Assembly (NCBI GenBank): GCA_965204745.1
Contig: OZ242010.1
Span: forward strand, 1,440,001-1,504,000
Direction of reading: 5' to 3'
Source of the DNA: Candidatus Latescibacterota bacterium
GTDB taxonomy: Bacteria; Latescibacterota; UBA2968
DNA length: 64,000 nucleotides
The notes under the pieces are model-generated. The model did not search any database and was not told the origin of the DNA. It saw only the letters and a program-made list of their open reading frames with translations. How positions within the stretch are numbered: the first letter of the stretch is position 1; the number at the start of each line of letters is the position of its first letter. Position numbers and translations under genes: made by a program. This document shows, one piece after another, positions 30,601-38,732 of this stretch.

Positions 30601-32744
30601 CCGCTCCCCTCACGGATGTAAGGGGAGATGCGTTTCGAGATTCCCAGACCCGGGGGGCGTGCCGGCTGTTTCAATCCGCTCCCCTCACGGATGTAAGGGG
30701 AGATCGCGGGGCCGTCTGGGCGCACCAACATCGCGGATGTTTCAATCCGCTCCCCTCACGGATGTAAGGGGAGATTCCCGCGAGCATCGACGGATCGGCG
30801 TACCTGGTGCCGGTTTCAATCCGCTCCCCTCACGGATGTAAGGGGAGATACAGCGGGGCAACTCGACAGCATGATCCCCGTCGAGTTTCAATCCGCTCCC
30901 CTCACGGATGTAAGGGGAGATAGATTCAGATCCCGCACAGGATGTGATCGCGATGAAGTTTCAATCCGCTCCCCTCACGGATGTAAGGGGAGATTGGGTT
31001 GGGTGCGATAGAAAGCAAGTACATCCAAGTTTCAATCCGCTCCCCTCACGGATGTAAGGGGAGATAAATGCCCCGGCCTGATGAGGCCAGAGAGGGCCGA
31101 GTTTCAATCCGCTCCCCTCACGGATGTAAGGGGAGATCGCGCACGCAATATGTGTGACCGAGATCGCGGCAAAGTTTCAATCCGCTCCCCTCACGGATGT
31201 AAGGGGAGATCGCCCCGCAAATTTCGTACACGCGCTTGAGATCGCGGTTTCAATCCGCTCCCCTCACGGATGTAAGGGGAGATAAAATGGCTGGATTCGT
31301 ACTCATCAGTCGGCTGCTGTTTCAATCCGCTCCCCTCACGGATGTAAGGGGAGATAAGACGCGGATCAAACGGACGGCGACGCGGACCAAACGGTTTCAA
31401 TCCGCTCCCCTCACGGATGTAAGGGGAGATATCACGGGTCGGCCGGTACTTGGCATCCTCACTTCCAAGTTTCAATCCGCTCCCCTCACGGATGTAAGGG
31501 GAGATATGAGACTCGCCCTTTCCGAAGACCTTGTGAGCATTGTTTCAATCCGCTCCCCTCACGGATGTAAGGGGAGATCGCCACAATGCGATCCGACTCC
31601 CACTGGCCAGACGCGAGGTTTCAATCCGCTCCCCTCACGGATGTAAGGGGAGATACAACAGGCCCGAAAAGCTGATGATGCCACCCAAAGTTTCAATCCG
31701 CTCCCCTCACGGATGTAAGGGGAGATAAACAGGCGCGCCGTCTCCGCATTGACAATGGCATGTTTCAATCCGCTCCCCTCACGGATGTAAGGGGAGATGA
31801 TGCCTCACAACCGCCGCCTTCGCCTTCTCCTCGGTTTCAATCCGCTCCCCTCACGGATGTAAGGGGAGATTTGGCCTGCAAGTCCAAGATGCACCTGAAC
31901 GACGCCCGTTTCAATCCGCTCCCCTCACGGATGTAAGGGGAGATCAAGGCGGGGTCGATTTGAGCGAATCGGACCCCATCGTTTCAATCCGCTCCCCTCA
32001 CGGATGTAAGGGGAGATGCATCACGAAAAATCAGCGCGGCCGCGACCTGCGTGTTTCAATCCGCTCCCCTCACGGATGTAAGGGGAGATATGTCATTCCT
32101 TGCTGTGATTGATGGTTTGAAAGACTTGTTTCAATCCGCTCCCCTCACGGATGTAAGGGGAGATTCAATGAGGGTGATGCGCTGATTTTTTCGTCGCTCA
32201 TGTTTCAATCCGCTCCCCTCACGGATGTAAGGGGAGATAGCAGGCCGCGGCGGTGGTGCGCGAGCTAGGAAAAGTTTCAATCCGCTCCCCTCACGGATGT
32301 AAGGGGAGATTTCGCGCTCGCGCTCGCCTGGTTCATCGGTATCGAGTTTCAATCCGCTCCCCTCACGGATGTAAGGGGAGATCGAGGCATTCCAGCGCAT
32401 GGTGCGCGGCATTTCAAGTTTCAATCCGCTCCCCTCACGGATGTAAGGGGAGATTTACGCTTGGAAAGGTCGCGACATCGCTCGGACAGGTGTTTCAATC
32501 CGCTCCCCTCACGGATGTAAGGGGAGATTTTATACGCGCTCTCGATGGCCTTTTCCGCGCTCGTTTCAATCCGCTCCCCTCACGGATGTAAGGGGAGATT
32601 CGATTTGGTGCATTTTGTTGCTGTGTTTCATCTCGGTTTCAATCCGCTCCCCTCACGGATGTAAGGGGAGATTGATCCTCTCCTCGCTCCTCGATGAGAG
32701 ATCCGCAGTTTCAATCCGCTCCCCTCACGGATGTAAGGGGAGAT
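18657..32744 (-). CRISPR. Type I-C CRISPR array, about 195 repeats (estimated from ~72-bp periodicity); transcribed repeat ATCTCCCCTTACATCCGTGAGGGGAGCGGATTGAAAC
   Basis: 37-bp repeat with 33-39 bp spacers; ATTGAAAC 3' end on the minus strand; variant repeats concentrated at the left (trailer) end; leader on the right next to cas2. Confidence 0.99.
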
Positions 32745-32969
32745 GCTGGTTGTTGTAACCAGCGGCACAACAAAAAGTTACACAAGCGGATGCGCGAACC
32801 TCCTTCCTTTGCTTCAATCCGCTCGAAAAGTAAGAGGGAATATTGCGATGTAAATTGTTATTGGTCATAAGTTTAGTCCATTGCGCGAAAGCACGGGCAA
32901 AATGCCATCACTCCCCTTTCGCGCCAAAAAATAATTCAAGCCGATCTCCTCATCGGATCGAGGAAAGGG
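32745..32969 (-). promoter_or_regulatory. CRISPR leader
   Basis: AT-rich non-coding region between cas2 and the first repeat; contains GCGCGAAA..TTTCGCGC and GGTTCGCGC motifs. Confidence 0.85.
32811..32841 (-). repeat. Degenerate CRISPR repeat inside the leader
   Basis: Minus strand ATTCCCTCTTACTTTTCGAGCGGATTGAAGC versus consensus ATCTCCCCTTAC...GAGCGGATTGAAAC. Confidence 0.6.
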
Positions 32970-33260
32970 CTAAAGAATAAGCGGCTCGTTTAGGTCTATG
33001 GGTTCTTTAAGCCCGTGATGCTCCGTCTTGTTTTTGGCGTTTTCGTCCAGATGGTAAAACCTCAGGGAATCCTGCTTGGGATCGATTTCTTTTAGCAGAC
33101 GATCCCTGAGTGTTGCCCATTCCGTTTTTCCAAGTTGGCATTCAAAAAGCGATTTTTGAGCGCGAACACCGTAATCCTCACAGGCTCTTGCCACTCGGCG
33201 CAACCGCTTTTGCCCGGCGCGGTCAGATGTGGAAACGTCATAAGCGATCAAGACAAACAT
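32970..33260 (-). CDS. cas2: CRISPR-associated Cas2
   Basis: MFVLIAYDVST..KRLRRVARAC..QKSLFEC..DSLRFY. Confidence 0.96.
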   Translation of the reverse strand: MFVLIAYDVSTSDRAGQKRLRRVARACEDYGVRAQKSLFECQLGKTEWATLRDRLLKEIDPKQDSLRFYHLDENAKNKTEHHGLKEPIDLNEPLIL

Positions 33261-33298
33261 GTTCGATCTCTTTCCCTTATCCACAAAGGGAGATGGGG

Positions 33299-34360
33299 TT
33301 ATTTGTAGATGAATGGGATATAGTCGGGGATATCGCCGCGGAGTTTTCGGGCCAACAATTTTGATTGGATGCTGAACACTTGCCCGATGCGGATATTTTG
33401 CTTGAACAAGGGATGCTTGATTTCCGTTTGTTTGCGCCGTTGCCAAGCTCGGATGACCTCTCTCCTGCCCCGGTCGGTAAATTCCACAGCACCGCCTTCT
33501 CGCACGCGAAAGTGTTTGGCCTCAATTTGGCGGCGGTTGATCAGGGTCAACGCCAGCCGCTCTGCCAAACAGGGGCGAAATTCTTCCATCAGATCCAAAG
33601 CGCAGGCTGGCCTCCCGGCCCGCGTCGCATGAAGCCAGCCGACATAGGGATCCAGCCCGGCAGTCGTCAACGCGGCCAAACAATCGTGGCGGATCAGCGC
33701 GTAAATGAAGGAAAGCAAACAGTTGATTCGATCCCGAGGCGGACGGCGCGTGCGCGTTGTGAACGCGAAGGTTTCGCGCTGTTGTTTGAGCATGTGTTGA
33801 AAGACCGAAAAATAGATCTTGGCCCCAAGGCCCTCAAATCCCCGGATCGGGTCGAGTGCCTCTCGGAGCGTGCGATCTGACGTAGCAGACGGCGCGTTGC
33901 CGAGTTGGCGAATCAGCCTGGCGAGTTCGGCAACAGCATCCGACAATGCCGTGCGATCCGAATCCCGATCTGCTTCCCGGGCGGATCGCAAGAGGTTTGC
34001 ACGCGAGTTTTGCAGTTTGCCGGCGACGAACTGCTGGGCAATGCGGGCCGCATCCTCTGGGCTATCCGCCGCGGCGTACTGCGCACGGCGCAACAAGTAG
34101 CGCGTGTCGCCACTGCCAATGACCTGTGCCAGCAGATAGCCGCTCTCCGTGTGATAATGCACTGCCACTTGGTGTTGCCAGCACAATGCCATCGCCGGCG
34201 GCGTGACCACGACTTGCCCAAACGCGCAGATGCTTTCCAAGTGGTGAATCGGCACGCGCAAGCGGGTTTGCCTTTCGATTTCGACTCGGAGCGTCAGATG
34301 ATCTCGGTGTACCACTGTCTTGGGCGTCGTCAGGTAAAGGGTGTTTTGAATCTCGGCCAT
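33299..34360 (-). CDS. cas1: CRISPR-associated Cas1 (I-C)
   Basis: NTLYLTT, RGFEG, RTRRPPRDRINCLLSF, GLDPYVGWLH, LDLMEEFRP; start at ATG 34360. Confidence 0.97.
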   Translation of the reverse strand: MAEIQNTLYLTTPKTVVHRDHLTLRVEIERQTRLRVPIHHLESICAFGQVVVTPPAMALCWQHQVAVHYHTESGYLLAQVIGSGDTRYLLRRAQYAAADSPEDAARIAQQFVAGKLQNSRANLLRSAREADRDSDRTALSDAVAELARLIRQLGNAPSATSDRTLREALDPIRGFEGLGAKIYFSVFQHMLKQQRETFAFTTRTRRPPRDRINCLLSFIYALIRHDCLAALTTAGLDPYVGWLHATRAGRPACALDLMEEFRPCLAERLALTLINRRQIEAKHFRVREGGAVEFTDRGRREVIRAWQRRKQTEIKHPLFKQNIRIGQVFSIQSKLLARKLRGDIPDYIPFIYK

Positions 34361-34370
34361 AATGTCCTCT

Positions 34371-34406
34371 GTTTCAATCTGTTCCCTCACGGATGTCAGG
34401 GGAGAT
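34371..34406 (-). repeat. Solitary CRISPR repeat between cas4 and cas1, overlapping the cas4 stop codon
   Basis: Plus strand GTTTCAATCTGTTCCC-TCACGGATGTCAGGGGAGAT, 33/37 match to consensus. Confidence 0.9.
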
Positions 34407-35046
34407 ACACGTCCCGATAGGCCCGCGCCAGTGCAGAAGGGGCACTGGTGATTTCGGGCAGGCAATGATCAAAAAGCGAACACTCCGAACACTGGGGTTT
34501 GTGAATGGCGTTGGGGACTGCCTCCGCTTCGACGAGCCGATGCACGGCTTCAACCGCCTGTTCGGTGAGGCGGCGCAGTTCCTCGGTAAATACCACCTCT
34601 CGGCGGTGCTTGCTGCTCGCATGGAAGATGGCCCCTCGGGGAATGTCCAGCCCAAACATTTCTTCCAAGCACAGGGCTTGCGCGCAAAGTTGGGCATCGT
34701 CATTGTCAAATTTTCGTCGGCGACCCTTTTTGAACTCAACCGGAAACAACGATCCGTCGGGATGGCGTTCGACGATGTCGCACCTGCCGCTGAGCCGCAG
34801 CCGATCTGACCAAACGGGCAAGGCACGCAACAGCGTCACACCCCCAACCGTTTCGTAACCAGAAACATCGGCCTGCTCGTGGAACTGATTACCTACCAAG
34901 GTGTGTTCGTTGTCGCTAAAGGTGCCTTCGACATGAATCAGGGCAGCCCGGCGCGGACAATAAAGATACTGGTTGATGGCAGAGAGCGGGATGCTCCGAT
35001 CTGCATCATCTGATGGACTAGGCAGAACAACCATTGCTTTACTCAT
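34396..35046 (-). CDS. cas4: CRISPR-associated Cas4
   Basis: YCPRR, GRCDIVE, PVEFKKG, QLCAQALCLEEM, CSECSLFDHC. Confidence 0.96.
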   Translation of the reverse strand: MSKAMVVLPSPSDDADRSIPLSAINQYLYCPRRAALIHVEGTFSDNEHTLVGNQFHEQADVSGYETVGGVTLLRALPVWSDRLRLSGRCDIVERHPDGSLFPVEFKKGRRRKFDNDDAQLCAQALCLEEMFGLDIPRGAIFHASSKHRREVVFTEELRRLTEQAVEAVHRLVEAEAVPNAIHKPQCSECSLFDHCLPEITSAPSALARAYRDVYLP

Positions 35047-35083
35047 GTTTTAATCCGCTTCCCTCACTGAGGTAAAGAGAGAA
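35047..35083 (-). repeat. Solitary CRISPR repeat between cas7 and cas4, abutting the cas4 ATG
   Basis: Plus strand GTTTTAATCCGCTTCCCTCACTGAGGTAAAGAGAGAA, 30/37 match to consensus. Confidence 0.85.
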
Positions 35084-35094
35084 GCGGACTTGCT

Positions 35095-36051
35095 TTACTC
35101 ATGACGTTTATTCAAACGCACGCCGGCAGGCAGGTCGGTGTCGTCCCATCCGCAGTTGACCTCGTAATCGGCAAAAGATTTGGGAAATTCCACGCCATCC
35201 TTCAACTTCACCTCAATGCCCTCAAAGAGTTTGTGGGCATGAGCGCAACCGAGGCGGGCTTCTCGCCTGTTCTGCGCGGCGTTGTTCTCGTGCTGAGTGC
35301 CCACATGCTCAAAGTCGTAGATGCCGCGCACCACCATTTCGCCGCGAGCAGCGGAGCGGTCGTGCTCAAACATGTGGTTGAGCGCGTCAAAGAGAACCTC
35401 GAGGTCAGCGTTGGTGAACCCCGTGCGTTCGGCAAAAGCAGGAGACACGTAAGCCTTGGCCATATAGAGGGCGTAAGGCACAATGTGCTTATTGCCCATG
35501 GTGCGTTCCTTCTCGGCGTCCTCCTCTTTGGTCACGGCCATGCGAGTGATGGAGATCTCCATCGGGGTGATAGAATGGTACGATTGACCGAAGGTGATCT
35601 GTACCGGACCGCGCACTTGGCCCCAAGCGGAGCCTCTCATAATGTCGTCGCCGACAGAAAGCACACCACCAAAGGTGCGGACATCAAAGAACTCGCGGCA
35701 CAGCCATTTCATGGCGGCTTCCTGCTTTTCGGATTTGGACGCACCCGAGGCCAAGCCCTCACCGCTTTTCTCAATGCCATTATTGATCTCGTTGTTGAGC
35801 ACGGCGCCCTGCTTGATCAGCAGATTATAGCCGTTGGCACCATTCTCCCCAACCCGCTCCGGGGCGAACATTTCGACGAAGTTCCGCACTTTGCGCTTGA
35901 GGCACACATCGGAGACGATGCCACGGTTGGTATTGGGATCAAGACGCGGCATGTTGCCGGCATCGGGATCGCCATTGGGGTTGCCATTCGTGACCTCGAA
36001 GATCAGCAACACATCGTGCCGATTGGTGAGAATGTCGTTGATTTCGTTCAT
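35095..36051 (-). CDS. cas7: Cas7/Csd2 (I-C)
   Basis: NGNPNGDPDAGNMPR, SDVCLKRKVRN, FFDVRTFG, GQVRGPVQ, FEHDRSAARG. Confidence 0.97.
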   Translation of the reverse strand: MNEINDILTNRHDVLLIFEVTNGNPNGDPDAGNMPRLDPNTNRGIVSDVCLKRKVRNFVEMFAPERVGENGANGYNLLIKQGAVLNNEINNGIEKSGEGLASGASKSEKQEAAMKWLCREFFDVRTFGGVLSVGDDIMRGSAWGQVRGPVQITFGQSYHSITPMEISITRMAVTKEEDAEKERTMGNKHIVPYALYMAKAYVSPAFAERTGFTNADLEVLFDALNHMFEHDRSAARGEMVVRGIYDFEHVGTQHENNAAQNRREARLGCAHAHKLFEGIEVKLKDGVEFPKSFADYEVNCGWDDTDLPAGVRLNKRHE

Positions 36052-36072
36052 CGTTCAATCTCCTGTCAGGGG

Positions 36073-36489
36073 TTATTGGTTATCGGCTTCTTTGTTTTGC
36101 TTGGCCGCGTCGCGGGCGACGCGGTCGGCGGCTTTTTGCTGGTAAAAGCCGATGGCGAACCGCCCCTGCGCGTGCAGGTCCAGCGTGCGGGGGAATTGGT
36201 TGACTTGGGTCAACACATCTTGAATGGCTTCGTCGAGGAAACGCTCATGGTTTTCATATTTGTCGGACTTGCCGATTTTGCTGAGGTGATGGCGGTTGAG
36301 CTTGAGGAGGATGGGAAACACCGAGGCCGGCGAGGCCATGGCGGTGCCAAAGTACCGTTCGACAACGCCAGCACCTTCAAGCTTATAGTCATGCGCCTTG
36401 GCCTGAGTTTCGGCGAGTACGGCGAGCAACCGCCCGCATTGATAGGCCGCATCGCCCGCATCGGCGGTTTGTCTTTCTGCAATTTCCAT
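36073..36489 (-). CDS. cas11: Putative internally translated Cas11c small subunit
   Basis: In-frame ATG at 36489 preceded by AAAGGACG, at the start of the C-terminal helical domain of Cas8c. Confidence 0.65.
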   Translation of the reverse strand: MEIAERQTADAGDAAYQCGRLLAVLAETQAKAHDYKLEGAGVVERYFGTAMASPASVFPILLKLNRHHLSKIGKSDKYENHERFLDEAIQDVLTQVNQFPRTLDLHAQGRFAIGFYQQKAADRVARDAAKQNKEADNQ

Positions 36490-37926
36490 AATGTCGTCCT
36501 TTCTGTTTCGGTTTAGAATGAGTTTCGCCAAGGCGAAACGGGAATGGTTCAATAATGCCGTGCTCCCATCGCGCGCTATATCAACGCGCAGGCGGTTCAG
36601 CATGGGATGCAGTAAAGTGAGTGAAGGGGCAACACCTTCTAGTGCTGCGCGAAACAACTGAGCGGTCACTTCCGGTTGCAAATACTTCGCCTCTCGCACC
36701 GTAGTACAGGCCAGTCGGAATAGGGCCAACGGCGGCATTTTTTCCTTGCCGGAAGACGGGCGTACAGGCTCCAACTCAAGGTCGCTGAACCAGCGTTGCA
36801 GGTTTTCCGTAGCGGTTTCTAAGGTGGTCTGAATCCAGTGGCGCACGACGATCCGACCACTGTTGCCCGCGAGGGTGACAGCATGGAACTGCTCCTGCCG
36901 CAATGCCTCGCGCTCTTGACCAGACCATGGGGATTTGAGGAAATCCGCCACCGCCTTGGGGTCAGCTTGGTTGAGTAAATCACTCCAAGTGCTCGTGGCG
37001 TTCGTTTTGTTGCGAGTCCAGAAGCAACACGATGCCTGCCCCAAGCGAATGGAATGATCCTCACGACCAAGCATCCAGTTAAGCGCGGTGCAATAGGCGG
37101 TGACCGCCCGGGTGGAAGTGGAAGCATTGAGACTTTGCTCAAAACCGTAAGAAACGAAAGCATCCTTATCAAATGAGACAATCGCCGCACCAAAGGCTTG
37201 GGTGTTGGGCACGCCTTGCACTTTGGGGTTATGAGTCAGTGCAATGGGCTGATCGCGTTCACCAGTGATCAAGCAGTGACCGTGAGGCGCGTCTGTCTCA
37301 TGGGCTTCATTTTCCTTCTCGAATTGCCGCCGCCAAAAGGGCCTGATGTGGTTTTCGTCTTCCAGCAACAATTGTTCTCTCAAGCGGAATGAGAAATTGT
37401 CATTCCCTAACTTGACTTCCTCGCCATCGGCTTTGGTGATCCACCAAGCGGATTTTTCTTGTGGCTTGGGATCGGAACTGGTACCCCAGCGCAAAAAAGA
37501 TGGCATCTGCCCCGGCTCGGGCTTGAAAGCCAGCAGGGACTTCAATGCCTGACTGCGTGTGTCCCCATGGGCCTGTTCAATTTGTGCCCAAAAGTCATCG
37601 TATTTCCGGCAATTGTTTTTTATTCGATCCTTCCGCTGGTTTTCAGACATGGATTTTTCCGGGTCCGTATCGAGACCGAATACAGCCGTGATGCTGTCCG
37701 CCATGAACTCGGCCACGCCACCGGCATTCTTGGGCCGCGTGGTTTGCGGGCAACTAAATTCTTTTCCTTTTCCCTTCCTTTCTCCCACAGTTTCTACGGG
37801 ACCCTGTCCGACAAAGTTGCCCATATCGTCCAGCGCGATGATCCATCGCACCGCTTTGGATTTGAAAGCCAAATTGTCGAGGAGTTTTCGCGAAATTGCA
37901 AAGTCGTACAGATGTTTCAGCAACAT
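36073..37926 (-). CDS. cas8c: Cas8c/Csd1 large subunit
   Basis: CLITGE, AIVSFDKDAFVSYG, NSGRIVVR, AYQCGRLLAV, QGRFAIGFYQQ; start at ATG 37926. Confidence 0.94.
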   Translation of the reverse strand: MLLKHLYDFAISRKLLDNLAFKSKAVRWIIALDDMGNFVGQGPVETVGERKGKGKEFSCPQTTRPKNAGGVAEFMADSITAVFGLDTDPEKSMSENQRKDRIKNNCRKYDDFWAQIEQAHGDTRSQALKSLLAFKPEPGQMPSFLRWGTSSDPKPQEKSAWWITKADGEEVKLGNDNFSFRLREQLLLEDENHIRPFWRRQFEKENEAHETDAPHGHCLITGERDQPIALTHNPKVQGVPNTQAFGAAIVSFDKDAFVSYGFEQSLNASTSTRAVTAYCTALNWMLGREDHSIRLGQASCCFWTRNKTNATSTWSDLLNQADPKAVADFLKSPWSGQEREALRQEQFHAVTLAGNSGRIVVRHWIQTTLETATENLQRWFSDLELEPVRPSSGKEKMPPLALFRLACTTVREAKYLQPEVTAQLFRAALEGVAPSLTLLHPMLNRLRVDIARDGSTALLNHSRFALAKLILNRNRKDDIMEIAERQTADAGDAAYQCGRLLAVLAETQAKAHDYKLEGAGVVERYFGTAMASPASVFPILLKLNRHHLSKIGKSDKYENHERFLDEAIQDVLTQVNQFPRTLDLHAQGRFAIGFYQQKAADRVARDAAKQNKEADNQ

Positions 37927-37928
37927 GG

Positions 37929-38732
37929 TCAGGCTCCGTTCGGTTCGAGGATTTCGATTTCGTCGGGGTGGCAAACCAAGGTGGAATCTATGATCTTGGC
38001 ACGGAAGAAACAGGCTCTCGGTCGGGCCAATTCGCCGACACAACGCGGGGTATTCTTTTTCGGTTTGGGCCCTAGTTCATCAGGGCGTTTCCAGCGAAAG
38101 CCCTGGGCGCGGGCGTTAGGCGAAAAAACATCGTAGAGCATCAAGCCCAAGTCCTCCTCGGGTTGCCGCCAACTGGTGCCAAGTTCGGTGGTTCGATCTT
38201 CCAGGGAGGCTTGGGGATCATCTACCCACTCGAAGTCCGCCGCAAATTCGCGCATGCCCAAGGCGGGGCGGTGGAAGCACTTGCCCTGCTGGGCGCGGCG
38301 TTTGAATTCAGCCAAGTACTTCACTGGTGGGTCGGTTTTGGGATTCGCCAACGGCGTGGTACGCAACTCGGCACTGATGATGTACTCCACCTCCTGCAAT
38401 GCCAGCATGTTGCGCTGGGTGCCGGCTGGTGCGCCGCCCCCGGCCTCAATGGGCGAGACTTTCTCCGGCTGTTTCATCCATTGACCAACATTGCGAATGC
38501 TGATAACTGATTGCACTTCATTGCGCCGAATCGAGGCCCAGCGACCTCGCCGAATTATCCGGATGGTAGCGACGAGATAGCGAACTTGCGGCTCCCAAAA
38601 GATGGCCTCCAAGATGCCTCGGGCAACAGAAGGCGTCATAATTGGGTAACTGACGCGCTCCACTTTCATTTCGGGGCGCGTGAAACATGCCCAATCGCCC
38701 CAAACTCTCAGGTGTACTTGGTTATCTTTCAT
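37929..38732 (-). CDS. cas5: Cas5d (I-C)
   Basis: WGDWACFTRPEMKVERVSY, IRRNEV, GKCFHRPALGMREF, DLGLMLYD. Confidence 0.97.
   Translation of the reverse strand: MKDNQVHLRVWGDWACFTRPEMKVERVSYPIMTPSVARGILEAIFWEPQVRYLVATIRIIRRGRWASIRRNEVQSVISIRNVGQWMKQPEKVSPIEAGGGAPAGTQRNMLALQEVEYIISAELRTTPLANPKTDPPVKYLAEFKRRAQQGKCFHRPALGMREFAADFEWVDDPQASLEDRTTELGTSWRQPEEDLGLMLYDVFSPNARAQGFRWKRPDELGPKPKKNTPRCVGELARPRACFFRAKIIDSTLVCHPDEIEILEPNGA

Noticed and set aside
18744-32591. Dozens of short ORFs with FQSAPLTDVRGD / VSIRSPHGCKGR / ISPYIREGSGLK repeats
   Set aside because: Translations of the CRISPR repeat, not genes
18657-32744. Self-targeting spacers within this window
   Set aside because: None noticed by eye; an exhaustive alignment was not possible
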